The position numbers and the translations under genes were made by a program. From Antechinus flavipes (Eukaryota), in assembly GCF_016432865.1 (NCBI RefSeq), contig NC_067398.1, positions 307,086,001 through 307,150,000 on the forward strand: DNA of 64,000 nt, read 5' to 3'. A model generated the notes under the pieces. It had not been told where the DNA came from. It made no database searches and was given only the letters and a program-made list of their open reading frames with translations. The first letter of the stretch is position 1, and each line of letters starts with the position of its first letter. Shown here piece by piece: positions 14,021 to 26,190 of this stretch.

Positions 14021-14548
14021 TTAAGTTCCTAACCAACCCAATCCTAGGCCTTGTTCTGAGTATCTATGTGAATAGTTTTTATGTTTTATACATATGTGTA
14101 TCATATACATGGTAGTATAGGGTGCCATGAAATAACAAAGACTTGGCTCAAGAACTATTATATATGCTAGCTATGTAACCAACAGCAATTCCCTTAATCT
14201 TTAAGGGAAGACATTCTTTAAAAAAACAAACTAACACAAATGAGAAATTATAGACCAGCTATAATTGGATCATTGATCCTAATGGATCAAGGAGGTAAAA
14301 GATGTTTCTACAAGGGGAGTGTCCTACACTGGATGAAATCACACAGATCCAGAACTTCTAGCTTCCTTCCTCCAACAACAATAATAAAAAAAAAACTCAA
14401 AAAGAAAAACAATCCCCAAACAAATCACATATATATGCAAATACTCAAATTAAAACCTCTTTAAATCAGCCATGAAAATCAGCAAAGAATATGGCTCCTT
14501 TGAAAGAAATGATATAGATTAGACTTATTCTGCAAAAAAAATCAGGCA

Positions 14549-15162
14549 TGGCAGCCCTGTTTGTAGTGGCTAGAAGCTGGAAAATGAAAGGATGTCCATC
14601 AGTTGGAGAATGGTTGAGTAAATTGTGGTATATGAACGTTATGGAATATTATTGTTCTGTAAGGAACAACCAGCAGGATGAATACAGAGAGGACTGGCAA
14701 GACTTACATGAACTGATGCTGAGTGAAATGAGCAGAACCAGGAGATCATTATATACCTCAACAATGATACTGTTTGAGGATGTATTCTGATAGAAGTGGA
14801 CCTCTTTGATAAAGGGAGCCTTAATTGATCAAAGATGGACAGAAGCAGCTACACCCAGAGAAAGAACACTGGAAATGAATATAAACTGCTTGCATTTATG
14901 TTTTTCCTCCCGGGTTATTTATACCTTCTGAATCCAATTCTCCCTGTGCAACAAGAGAACTGTTCAGTTCTGCACACATATATTGTATCTAGGATATACT
15001 GCAACCCATTCAACATGTAAAGGACTCTTGCCATCTGGGGGAAGGGGTGGAGGGAGGGAGGGGAAAAATCGGAACAGAAATGAATGCAAGGGATAATGCT
15101 GTAAAAAAATTACCCTGGCATGCGTTCTATCAATAAAAAATTATTTTTAAAAAAAGGGAAAT
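14549..15162 (+). mobile_element. 5'-truncated, relatively young L1 (ORF2 C-terminus plus 3'UTR) with 15-bp TSD
   Basis: Open ORF2 C-terminal peptide AALFVVARSWKMKGCPSVGEWLSKLWYMNVMEYY...; G-rich 3'UTR; AATAAA and A-tail; TSD AAAAAAAATCAGGCA at 14534-14548 and 15163-15177. Confidence 0.95.
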
Positions 15163-16459
15163 AAAAAAAATCAGGCAACAGATTAAAAAGAAAATTTATG
15201 TAGCTTTGTTTTTTATTAGCTTTAAGTTATATTTTTCATTATAAGAGTTGTGTCTTTGGAGAGAAGTTGAAGTTTATTCATCCTAAGAGTCCACATTTGC
15301 TCTTCTTAGTCAAGGGATTTCAGTTCCAGAACAGGTAAGCAAGCAATAAGGAATAGCGGCATCTTTAAATTTTGTCAAGATGTCTATCAATGCAAAATTT
15401 TTCTATCACTATATGAGACTCTGCCAAGCCTTTCTTCCCATTGGTTAGAAAGCAATGACTAAAGGACCATTTTTTTTTAAAGAAACCTCAAACCATCCTT
15501 ACACATAAACAGTTCATAGTAAAGTTAACTATATTAAATAATAATAATAGAAAAAGAAAAGCTACATTTCCAAAATGTTAAATGGCTCCATCTTCAGGGT
15601 AAAAGTGAGAAATATCTTCATTTTTAAAAATTCTATTAAGTCAAGATGGCTATTAAATTATTTCAGTCTTTCCTGAAGATAGACTCAATCATGTTCTCTA
15701 ATCTCTGTGGCTTTAACAATACTGTGACCAGTCTTGCTGCAGATGGATCCTGAAGGTCCCTTTAAGAATAGAGATGCTTTTCTCTTCTGAACAGGCATTG
15801 TCCTGCATTAATTCATAATTCAAACCAATGTGACATTAAACCTAATATATGGTCTTTCAGAATTCATTGAATCCAAGGATATCCATCAGACACCTTTAAG
15901 AATCCTCTTTCATTCATCTCATCCTATGAAAGACTAGTGAGGGAACAGGTCTTATTATAATTCTTATTATCATCACTCTATGATGTTATTGATTTTCTTT
16001 AAAAAAATAAAAGACAAAACAACAACAAACAACAACAACAGGATAAGTCTCATTAACTGCCCTTCACAAAAGAGAAAACAGTATAAGAATTGAATTTTGC
16101 AAGGACACATTGTTGAGTCAGCAACAGAAACAGTTAGATCCAAATTCCCTGATATATTTGCATGTACATGTTCAAGAGCACAAAATGCATTTATTAAACA
16201 CTTATTTGCACATGGAATTGTATAAAACAAGTTTAAAAGATCCACTCCTTGCCCTCTACCAACTTACACTGAAAGATTGGCAATAATGACATAGAAAGAT
16301 ATTAAAGAGAGATAGAAACTTAGAAGCAAGATATAATTCTTCAACTGATGGTCTGGGTTAGGGTTATGGAAACTTCCTAGGGCCACAATGAAAAGTGATT
16401 TCATGTAGATTGAATTTTTTGTTTCTTTTTTGGTAGCAGTAGGGTTTATTGAAAGCAGC

Positions 16460-17190
16460 TATGAAGTGAAGCACTATCAGGGTTAGACACAGGTCTGAAG
16501 TAAGAAAGATGTTCCTGAATTCAAATCTGGCCTCAGACACTATCTGAGAGACCGCTGTTAAGTCACTTCATCCTGCTTGCCTCCCTTTTCTTATGTGTAA
16601 AATGAGGTAGTGCTGTGCTACATTTCCTTTTATTGTTCCTGCCTCAGTTTCCCTAATTGCTCTACTTCAGTTTCCCTGAATTGTTCTGCCTCAATCCCCC
16701 GATTGCAACCCCCCTTCCTGATTATTAGGACTAATATAACTTAGGGCTGGCTACTTTAGGATCATAAACTGTAAATGTTTAATCTCAGATAAGGGGAAGA
16801 TCTTCTGTTTCAGACAACCTGGCTCCTAAGTCTTCCTAAAATGGCCCTCACCCCCCAACCTGTCAGAACCAGATTTATGATTCGTTCCTGGAAATTCCTG
16901 CTCACCAGCACTCATTCTACCTCTTTTGCCTTTGGGCCCTATAAAACTCCTTGGAATCTCACATTTGATGCTGAATTATTTGAGAAGAAAGTCCCTCTGG
17001 GGGGGGAAATAGATTCCGCTCTGCCCCCAGACAATCTCTCCTTCTCAGAAAATCAAATAAAATATTAAAGGGTCGCTAATCTCTATCTTGCCTCAGTTTC
17101 TCCAGCACTGCAGTAGAAGATGGCAGACCACGCCAGTATCTTTGCCAAGAAAACTCCAAATGGGGTCACAGTGAGGCACAGTTGAATAAC
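16460..17190 (+). mobile_element. MAR1-type SINE split by a solo LTR (SINE parts about 16460-16610 and 17113-17190)
   Basis: Head and CORE 'gaattcaaatctggcctcagacac...tgtaaaatgag' resume after the LTR as 'atggcagaccacgccagtatctttgccaagaaaactccaaatggggtcac'. Confidence 0.85.
16611..17112 (+). mobile_element. Solo ERV LTR (502 bp), 4-bp TSD GTAG
   Basis: TG...CA ends with imperfect inverted termini (tgctgtgc / gcactgca); GTAG at 16607-16610 and 17113-17116; TATAAAA 16940-16946; AATAAA 17056-17061. Confidence 0.9.
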
Positions 17191-17339
17191 AAGAAAAGAA
17201 AATTATATTTCAGAGAAAATAAAATATTACCTACATTTTAGATGAACAACAATGATCCCCACAAATACTACTTAAGAAATATAATAACAAAACATGTTTG
17301 CATATAATTCAGTGCTATATTACATTTATAAGAGGTAAG

Positions 17340-17560
17340 CTGATGTAGGAAATAAAGAGCCCATCTCAAAGTTAAGGAAACCTAGGATAAAGTTCTTCCT
17401 CTACTGAATAATGACCGTATGACCCTAATTCTGGGCAAGTCACTTAATCTTTACATGCCCCCAGACAATTCTCTAAAATAACATATTTCAGGGCAGGTAC
17501 AAGTCTGCATTGGTAGAACTTTTCTAATTGGTACTTCCTTCGATCAATGAAATGAAAGTT
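17340..17560 (+). mobile_element. Marsupial CORE-SINE (MdoRep1-like); similar copies near 14120-14350, 23520-23730 and 46090-46170
   Basis: 'ctgggcaagtcacttaatcttt...gacaattctctaa...tctgcattggtagaac...caatgaaat' signature. Confidence 0.6.
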
Positions 17561-17686
17561 CTGATCGCATTTTCTATTATGCTCACTGTGACACTTCCAT
17601 CACTAAAATAATTTAAGAGCTACAAGACCAGCTTTATTGAAGTTGATTAACTCCTCCAAGGCATGATATTTGTAATATGGGTTACT

Positions 17687-17700
17687 GTTGCCATGTGAAC
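17687..17700. promoter_or_regulatory. Candidate RFX X-box
   Basis: GTTGCCATGTGAAC, 12/14 match to the palindromic X-box GTTGCCATGGCAAC. Confidence 0.3.
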
Positions 17701-18555
17701 AGCAGTGCCTATTTAGGGTAACTTAGGCCCAATTGAATAGGCTTACTTCAGACATGGATGCTTTCAAGAATTCAGGACAGAACATAGCATTGACTCAAGT
17801 AGATTTTTTTCAACAATAACAACAAAAAAGAAGATAATAGATTGCTCCTACCTACGTGGAACAGAATATGCCAATTTTATAAAAGGTTAAAAAAAATAAC
17901 AAACCAATAAGCATAAACTAAGTTCACCGATTTACTTTTTTAACTGACAAAACCCCACTTATTTGTATATTTGTTTTCTTTTATACCTAAAGGAAGGCCT
18001 TATCTTTCACCTCAAGAGCATTTTCACAAATTTTCCCAAATGCTTTGCAAATAAGAGGCGTTAATTATCTTTTAATATTAACTCTTTAACGTGTCTCTCA
18101 CCTAAAATCTCTCTTTGTAGTCCATCTAGAACAATTAGCCTCTGCATACCACTGGGCTAGTGTTTTATGAAACAATGAATAGCCTTAGGATAGTAGTAAG
18201 TGTAGTGATGGAATTTGCAAACACAGTTTACTCCAAGAGTGAGGCTGAGAATTGCCTGGAGGTAAAGTTCTTCGACTTTTGTAACCTGTTCTGTTAAAAG
18301 TGAGACACTCAACATCATAGAGTATTGGTTTTAAACAAGAGTACATATTTCTTTTCAGGCAATTGCAAAACATAAAGAAAAAGGAGGAAAGTGAGAAAGC
18401 TGAGTTGGGACAAAGATATGAAGAGAACCATGCTAATATAGATACAAAAGTGGCAAATATAATGAGACCTAAACAGAGAGAAAGGAAAACAAACACAAGG
18501 TCATAAAATAGCATAGTAATCACGCTAATGACTCAGATGTTTTCAAAAAGTAATG

Positions 18556-18569
18556 TTGCCATCTTGTGG
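18556..18569 (-). promoter_or_regulatory. Candidate CTCF motif
   Basis: Reverse complement reads CCACAAGATGGCAA, close to the CTCF core CCASYAGRKGGCRS. Confidence 0.35.
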
Positions 18570-18929
18570 CTTGTTAGGATATTGATATTTAAACTGGGTT
18601 TTTTTTGCAACTGTAGGCATATTATTACCTCTTGAATACTGCTCTGCACATAAATAAAATTAGCCCAAGGTTTAATCTACCCACTGTTATATTCAATGAA
18701 TGGAAGACAGTGAAGGAATGTTACTAATTAAATAAACAATATTTTTACCAATGTAAGAAATGGCTAGTTGTATTTAGCAACATGGTAGTAGGTAACAAGG
18801 TGTTGAGTTATGCATCACAGCGTCACATAAAAAAATTTAGACTCTCGTGCTCAAGAAAATCCATTTAAATAATTTTTAAAAACTCTTTTATTACTAATGT
18901 AGTAAAAAGAAAAATAGTATGTTTATATT

Positions 18930-21230
18930 TTAATCTTTTAAGCTGATGTAATTTTAATTTGTTGTACAGAAAAACTGAGCTAATTCATTGTTATTTATAC
19001 CCAAAGTGCATTAGTGTGCCTGTCTTCTCACATTCCTTCTAACAAGTTTTTTTTTTTTCCTTGTTGTCATCTTTAGCAATGTGATAGAGTCAAGGTGAAG
19101 CCACAGATTTGTTCTAATTTATTTTCTCCTTAGTGATAGTTATTTGGAAACTTCTTTCATGTTGTCATTGAGATTTTGCATTAAAAAGGAAATGTCAATT
19201 CATACCTTTTGACCAGTTGCCTATTGGGGAAGATTTCATGGGATTATTATATAGTTATAAAAATTCCCAAAATACCTTTGATATTTCCTTTAAATTGCAA
19301 CTATTTTTTCTGATTGTAGCTATACTGATTTTGTTTGTCCAAAAACATCAGAAATTGTATGCATTTGAATTTTTTCCATCTTCAATTAGAACCTGATTTA
19401 ACTTTTTATATAGAGATTACATATTAATTGGCATGTAATTAGCTTTTTTCATCTTTATTTCTTAAAATACATCTTTAAGAAATCTGGTAAAGCGCCTGTA
19501 TTTTTTAAAAAATCAAATTTAGAAGTTAATTTTTCTTTAAAGGTTTGACAGACTTGACTTGGATATATGTGTGGTACCTAGATTTGATTCTGATAATTTG
19601 CTTATGGTTGTTCAATTTGTGTTTCTGAGATTGTGATGTTTAGACTATTTTTGTTTTATAAAAGTGGATATTTCAGGGTTTTAAAAATAAACATCCATAC
19701 ATTTAATTAAAGATCTTAATCTTATTGGAATATAATTAGAAAACATAACAAGTGGGTATGAGTACAGGTATGAGTATGGGGTATGTGTGTATGTATAGTC
19801 AATGGCAAGTTGTTGTTTCAGTGAGAGTGATAATTTGTTAGACTTTAGAATTTCTAAACTTTTGTTTAGTTGGCATAATTAAAATGTGATCACTTTCTAA
19901 GCTGTTTTAGTTACATATTCAATTCACTGATCTTTCTTTTATTGAAATAATATATTTTTTGGAGGTACACATTTTCTCCAACAACACACTGGCTTATTTC
20001 TTATTAGTTCAGGATGTTATCTCATTAAGATTTCTTTTGATATAATTATGTACTATTTCTAGGTTTTGTCTTTGATTCATTCATTCTTTAAAACTATATT
20101 AGTAACTACTTAAGTGATTCCTTTTTTCAATTTCACTTATTAATAATGATTTTAGTCATTACGTTATGTCATTTGTTGTGTCATTCTTTCTGACTTTGTT
20201 TTTAAGGGTGTTTTTTTCCTGTCCTAGTACATGATCTTTTTTTTTTTTTTGGTAAAAGTGCCATACAAACTTTTAAAATGAATACACTCCTAAAGAGCCT
20301 CATTATGTAGTTCCTAAAGGTTTACGTATAATTTTCCTAATATTTCATAAGGAACATTGAACTGTTTTTGTTCATTATTGTGTTAAAGATGTCTAGGTTT
20401 AAAAAAGGTATACTCCAGTCCTTAACCATTACTTTGTTATCTTGTATATCTTCCTATAGTTGTCAGTCAGGTCTTTTGAGAATTATGAAATTTCTTTGCT
20501 TTTCTGTCTTAGATTTTTTTTCTCTCTTGTTTAAGGATATAGTTTTTTCCCATAAGCTTTTTAGACTCAGTTTAGACATAACAGGTTTTATTCTAATCCT
20601 GAATTTTAAACTAATATTTTATGCATGTCTCTCTTAAATAATAAATTATTGAATTTTGCTTTCTGAGAAAGTTGTTATCCTCTTTCACTTTTTTTTTGGT
20701 GAGTTCACCTCATTCACATTTATAGTTGTATTTGTTAGTTTTGTTTTTGTATCCAAAATATCACATTACAATATTTTTGCTCCTTTTTTTTTAAGAAGGA
20801 AAAAAAAAAGAATGGATTAAAAATAAAATAAAATAAATCCTAGTTAAACAGACCTGGAACAAATTGATCCTAATTTTCATCTTTCTTATTTCTTTTCATC
20901 CTGCCCAAATCCATATTACATTTATTCTCTTTTCTGATATGGCGTTTTATTTTACTTTTTACTATTCCATCCCCAGTACTAACCACTCATTTACTCCATT
21001 CTTCCATTTCTCTATCTCAGTCCAATTGTCTATATACTTCATTGTATTTCTACTCTATTTTTCCCTTGCCTCCCAATCTTCTCTTGATCAGATCAGGAGA
21101 GAAAAAAAAAAATCTATGTTATTCCTACTCTCTTCCTCTCAACTTCATAGTTTTATTTTTTTTTCTAATAATTGGTTTTTTGCCCTTCCTTCCCTAGCAC
21201 ATATTCTCACTTTCACAGTTAATTACTGGA
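18930..21230 (-). mobile_element. Highly degraded antisense L1 (ORF2 3' part toward EN/ORF1 part)
   Basis: T-rich + strand with L1 antisense motifs, e.g. 'tcatacctttt gaccagttgcctattgggga' and 'tccagtccttaaccattactttgttatcttg'; boundaries approximate. Confidence 0.6.
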
Positions 21231-21544
21231 ACTATACACAAAGCCTTTCCATTTAATGAGACTTGAGTTCCATTCATGTAGCTTTTGGAAATCCATAGTC
21301 AGTTGTATGATATGAAAAGGCATTAAATAAGGTCTTAAAGGGATTGGGTATCAATAGAGCGAACATGTAATAAATGTTTGATGAATGAATAATATACTAT
21401 TTAAATAAGAGCCTAAGATAATAACAGAGATGTAAAAAGACAGTCCATGTTAAATTGTCACTGAATCACACAAATAATTACTGCAGTTGTTTAGAATCAG
21501 TGAGATCATGTTAAGCTGGAACTGTCAATGAAAGTTTTTTTTTC

Positions 21545-22416
21545 CCCTGAACAGACGATTTTCAGATGACAAAATTAAAGTCATCTAGAGCTATATGAAA
21601 AAAAAAAATGTTCTAAATCACTATGGATTAGAAAAATGCAAATTTAAAAAACCTCTGAGGTACCACCTCATTCCTCTCAGATTGATAAGATGATAGGAAA
21701 AGACAATGATGAATGTTGGAGAGGATGTGGGAAAACTGGAATACTAATACATTGTTGGTGGAGTTGTGAAATGATGCAACAATTCTGGAGAACAATTTGG
21801 AACTACACCCAAAGGGCTATAAAACTGTGCATACCCTTTGACTCAGCAGTACCATTACTGGATCTGTATCCCAAAGAAATCATAAAGGAGGGAAAAAGAA
21901 CCCACATGTGCAAAAATGTTTGTGGCTGCTTTTTTTTTTTTTTTTTGTGGTAGCAAAGAATTGGAAAATGAGTAGATGCCATTCAACTGGGGAATGGCTA
22001 AACAAGTTGTAGTATATGAAGATAATGGGATATTATTGTTCTATAAAAAAAAAAATGATGCAAAAGCTGATTTTAGAAAGGCCTGGAAAGATTTATATTC
22101 TGAATGAAACAAGCAGAACCAGAAATGCATTGTACACAATAACAGCAAGAAAGTAGGATGATCAGCTTTGAAAGACTTGGTTCTTCTCAGTAGTTCATTG
22201 ATCCAAAGCAATCCCAATAGACTTTGGACAGAAAATGTCATCTGCATCCAGAAAAAGAACTAAGGTGAATGAATGTAAATCAACATATGCTACATTCACT
22301 TCTTTTTTCTGTTATTTTTATCTCTTTTCTTTTGCTCTAATTTCTTTTCTCCCAATATAATTCATAAAGCAATATATTTGAAACAAACAAATTTACTAGA
22401 AAAAAAGTAGAAAAAA
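21545..22416 (+). mobile_element. 5'-truncated L1 (ORF2 C-terminus plus 3'UTR) inserted in an L2, with TSD
   Basis: Peptide MIGKDNDECWRGCGKTGILIHCWWSCE...WNYTQRAIKLCIPFD (L1 Cys-rich domain); flanks GAAAG(T)9C at 21530-21544 and GAAAG(T)10C at 22417-22432. Confidence 0.9.
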
Positions 22417-23207
22417 GAAAGTTTTTTTTTTCTCTCCAAGAGGTAAACTTTTAATTAGTTCTTAAAGGACTGATATAATTTATCTAGAAGGGGAGGAAGA
22501 AGAAAAATATTCCAGATGAGTAAAATGGCAAGAGTTTGAAAAAGAAATTTGGTGTAAAGGAGTGATTACAAATAACAATGAAGGTTACATGTGGCCAGAT
22601 TGTAGAGGGCCTTGAATATTAGGTTAAAAGAGAACCAATAACTTAGCTTATCATTTTATTTTGCTTATAAAGTCAGATGTACTGGACTATTGGACCATTT
22701 TAAATATTCTCAATCTCTAATAAGTGTTCCAGTATATATTTTTTTCTAGAGTACCCTAAATAACCATTAAATTTCCCTTTCTCTAGAAAAATCAAAGAAT
22801 TGGCACCAATAAACTTGGCAAGTTCATAATGTGATTTTGACGTTTATCTCTTTCTCAGGCATTGGTGCATTTTACTGTTGACCTCTCCATTTCTCTTTAT
22901 CTACAAAACTCCCATCTACTTGATACAGTTCAGTAATCAGAAGACTCAGAGCAGTTGTAAAAAATATTTAATAACTTCACAATCTGAAAGTGATGAGAAT
23001 ATAGGAAAAAAGCTTTGACTGAAGGTGAACTGCCAGTCCTTTTTTTCTATTAAGCTTTGAAATAATGCAACCAGAATCTTAAAAAAAATTAAATCCACCT
23101 AAACAGAGAGAACCACTTTCACTGATTCAGTGTATATAACTTTGTATTTTCTGGGAGATGGAATTTTCCTTGAAAATAGAAATAGCCTGATTCATTAAAA
23201 TTAACAT

Positions 23208-23221
23208 CCAGCAGAGGGCAC
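23208..23221 (+). promoter_or_regulatory. Candidate CTCF motif
   Basis: CCAGCAGAGGGCAC, full match to the CTCF core CCASYAGRKGGCRS, in non-repetitive sequence. Confidence 0.45.
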
Positions 23222-25819
23222 AATTGTTTTCCTTATTGGATTTAATACTTTCAAATTAAAACTTTAAGGAGTGAAAAATGAATGGACAAATGCAGATTTT
23301 TTTTTAATGTCATGCCTCATTCTTCATGCCTGCTTTCTCATATATGGTGAATTCATGCTACATCAAAAGGAACTGCCATGAAAAGTTTTTAAAATGCATA
23401 ATAAGCTAAAAATGTTCAACATTAAAAGAGCTCAATAAGTGAAATATAATAAGGAATTAGACCCCAAAGCTATGCTCTAAATATCTGAATATATTTGAGC
23501 ATGACTTATGTAAAATGAGCACTGTGTTAGGAGAGCTGGACTCCAAGACAAGAAGATCTGGAATAAAGTTTCCACTCTAGCATATACTGAATGTATGATT
23601 TGGGGCAAGTCCTTCAACTTTTCAGGTTCTGGGCAAATCCCTAAGAATATGTTTCAGAGAAGATAATGACCTTTATTGGTATACAGAGCTTCCCTAACTG
23701 GGAGATCATTATATCAATTAAATTACAGGTTCAATTCCTAAACCCTCCAAATGACAAAATATATAACCCCATATTTTTTCAATACTTCATTATAACTTTA
23801 ATAATGATGTCCAACCTTTGAGACTGACCATTTTTTATTAGAAAAGCAGATCTTTTTTTCTCATTAGTACTAATCTCAACTATGGTTATTTCTCTCTTTG
23901 AAATTTACTTTGTCCACTGAATTTATTTTTAATAAGATGAAAAGTTCAGCCCTTATATGAAAGAGGGAAGAAAATCTTCACAGAAAATCTCATCAATCTT
24001 CTCAATTTATGACATGGTACCAAAAAAAAAAAATACTGGACTTAGAATTAGAAGATATGAACTAGAATCCTGAATCTGTTACATAATGCTTACATAACCT
24101 TTGATAAGTCATTTTATTTCACTAGGCCTCAGTGTCCCTTATCTGCAGAATGATACAATGAAATAGAATCTAAATAACTCTTAATTCTATGGTCCTAGAA
24201 TCTCATAAATCCCAGACATATATTTTTGTAAGTGTGAATAATAATGGCCACATGGACAGTAACCATCATGAGTAACACATTTTAGGCTATGTCCATTAGA
24301 GAAAGTCTGAAGATGAACTGTGTTGATGATATATTATTTACCGACATTAGGGTTATGAAAGAAAGAAGAATCTGTTCACCAGATAGACCAACCATATATC
24401 TGTAATGTAGAGCTCTTGCCATTCATCTGATTTTTAATTTATAAATTCCACTTCATTTGAGCCAAGAGACAATCCCTTTCTAGGATTTATTGTACTTGAA
24501 TAATGATTAATGTCATTGGACCTTTTGCCACAGAACTTAAAATACAACAGAAGAGACAACAACTGGTTACATTAATACAGTGTATTATTCTATCCTTTTA
24601 CAAAATGCACTCTTTCCATACTTGAGAAATCTTATGCCTACACGGGCTATGTAGAAATTTGTAAACATCAGGAGTTTAAGTAAAATACTAAACTGATCAC
24701 TGCACTAAAAAAGTCAGCATTTCCAAAGCTACTAGTTCTCTTGCCTTCCTTTAATTTTCATAAATCTAACTCTGCAAATGTGGTTAGGAAATTAGAAGAA
24801 GCTGTTGGCAGGGGTGGGAGTGGGGAAATAGTACATAGACTGCTACACATAGAATCAGGCAGCCCTGAATTTGAAATCAGCCTCAGGCACTTTAGGTGTG
24901 TGAACCTGGAAAAATCACTTAAATTTCCTATTCTTCATAGGGAAATCTTCATATCTGTGAAATAGATATAAGAACTGAAGAAAAGGGAATTTTCTTAGTA
25001 GAAATATTAGAATGGTTTGCCATTTCCTTCTCCAGCTCACTTATAGATACAAAACTGAAGCAAACAGGGTTAAGTGACTTACTCAGGATCACACAGTTAC
25101 TAAGTGTTTGACTGTCTGAACACAATTCTTCTCATGAGAATGAATCTTCCTAATTCTAAGCCCAGTGCTCTTCTACTTAATTGCTGTATTACATCTAGCA
25201 AGCATTCAATAAATGCTTAAAGGATTAGATTCTCAGAATAAATTATTCAATCCAATTTAATCACAACAAGTAAAACATAACTGGAGGAAACACTTTTGAA
25301 TTTCAGAAGAATTCAAAGGATATATGAGGCCTGGAGTAGGTGCTTGAAAAGAGTCAATGAATAGAAATTTGATTCCAAAGTTTGTGAAACTCCAAGCAAA
25401 TTGAGGTCATTCAGTCAAAAAGTGATATGAAACAAAGGAATTTATACATTCTTAACCCCAGAATGGATCCCCTGCATGCACAATTTAACATCAAGAAAAT
25501 TTTTACCAATCAGTGAATTAAAAAATGGTAAATTCAGAGGAGTCAATTAAATGTTCGAAGATCTGGAGGAAGACCACACTAATGTATGGTGAATATTAAT
25601 TCACTAATGCACTATTGATGAAACTGTGTTTTGGTCTAATAATCCCAGGAATCATTTTGAATAATGCAAGAAGTCATTGAACTGCTGAAATACTTTGACT
25701 TACTGATCTAATTTCTGACTGGTTATACAAAGGAGATCAAAGACAGAACGAAAGATCCTCCAAATCCTTTTAGTAGCACTTTCTGTGATAATAATGATTT
25801 AAAGGGGGGGAGGGGAAAT

Positions 25820-26190
25820 AGACACTGAATGCCCATAACTGGGGATGGCTGAACAAACTGTGGGACATAAATTTAATGAAAAATTACTGCATTGTAAAAA
25901 AAAATTCCAATAGAAGAAATTCACAGAAACATGAGATGTGTATGGATTGATATAAAATAAAAATCAGCTGAACTTACATTAAATGCAATGATATATCTTG
26001 TTCCCAGAAACCAAATGATAGAACATACTTATTTCTTCTTGGTAGACATGTGGGGAACTACAGGTGTGGAAAGCTGCAGGTACAGTGAGATTTGATCAGT
26101 ATGTCATTTCAGTTTTTGATGAACTATCTGTGATGGAGGATGCTATAAGAGGAGTGTATCAGAAAACTGTGGTATCAAAAAGTGCAATGT
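25820..26190 (+). mobile_element. Old L1 3' fragment
   Basis: 'gaatgcccataactggggatggctgaacaaactgtggg' resembles the L1 ORF2 end. Confidence 0.55.

Noticed and set aside
18185-18523. 112-aa hydrophobic minus-strand ORF resembling a membrane protein
   Set aside because: Antisense of an A/G-rich stretch gives F/L/S-rich sequence; no recognisable family
20864-21256. 130-aa hydrophobic ORF
   Set aside because: TTG start, lies in T-rich antisense L1
25260-25800. Unique block examined as a possible endogenous viral or transposase remnant
   Set aside because: Manual translation gave only short peptides with no motif I recognise from bornavirus, filovirus, parvovirus or DDE proteins; a tblastx would be needed to exclude it fully
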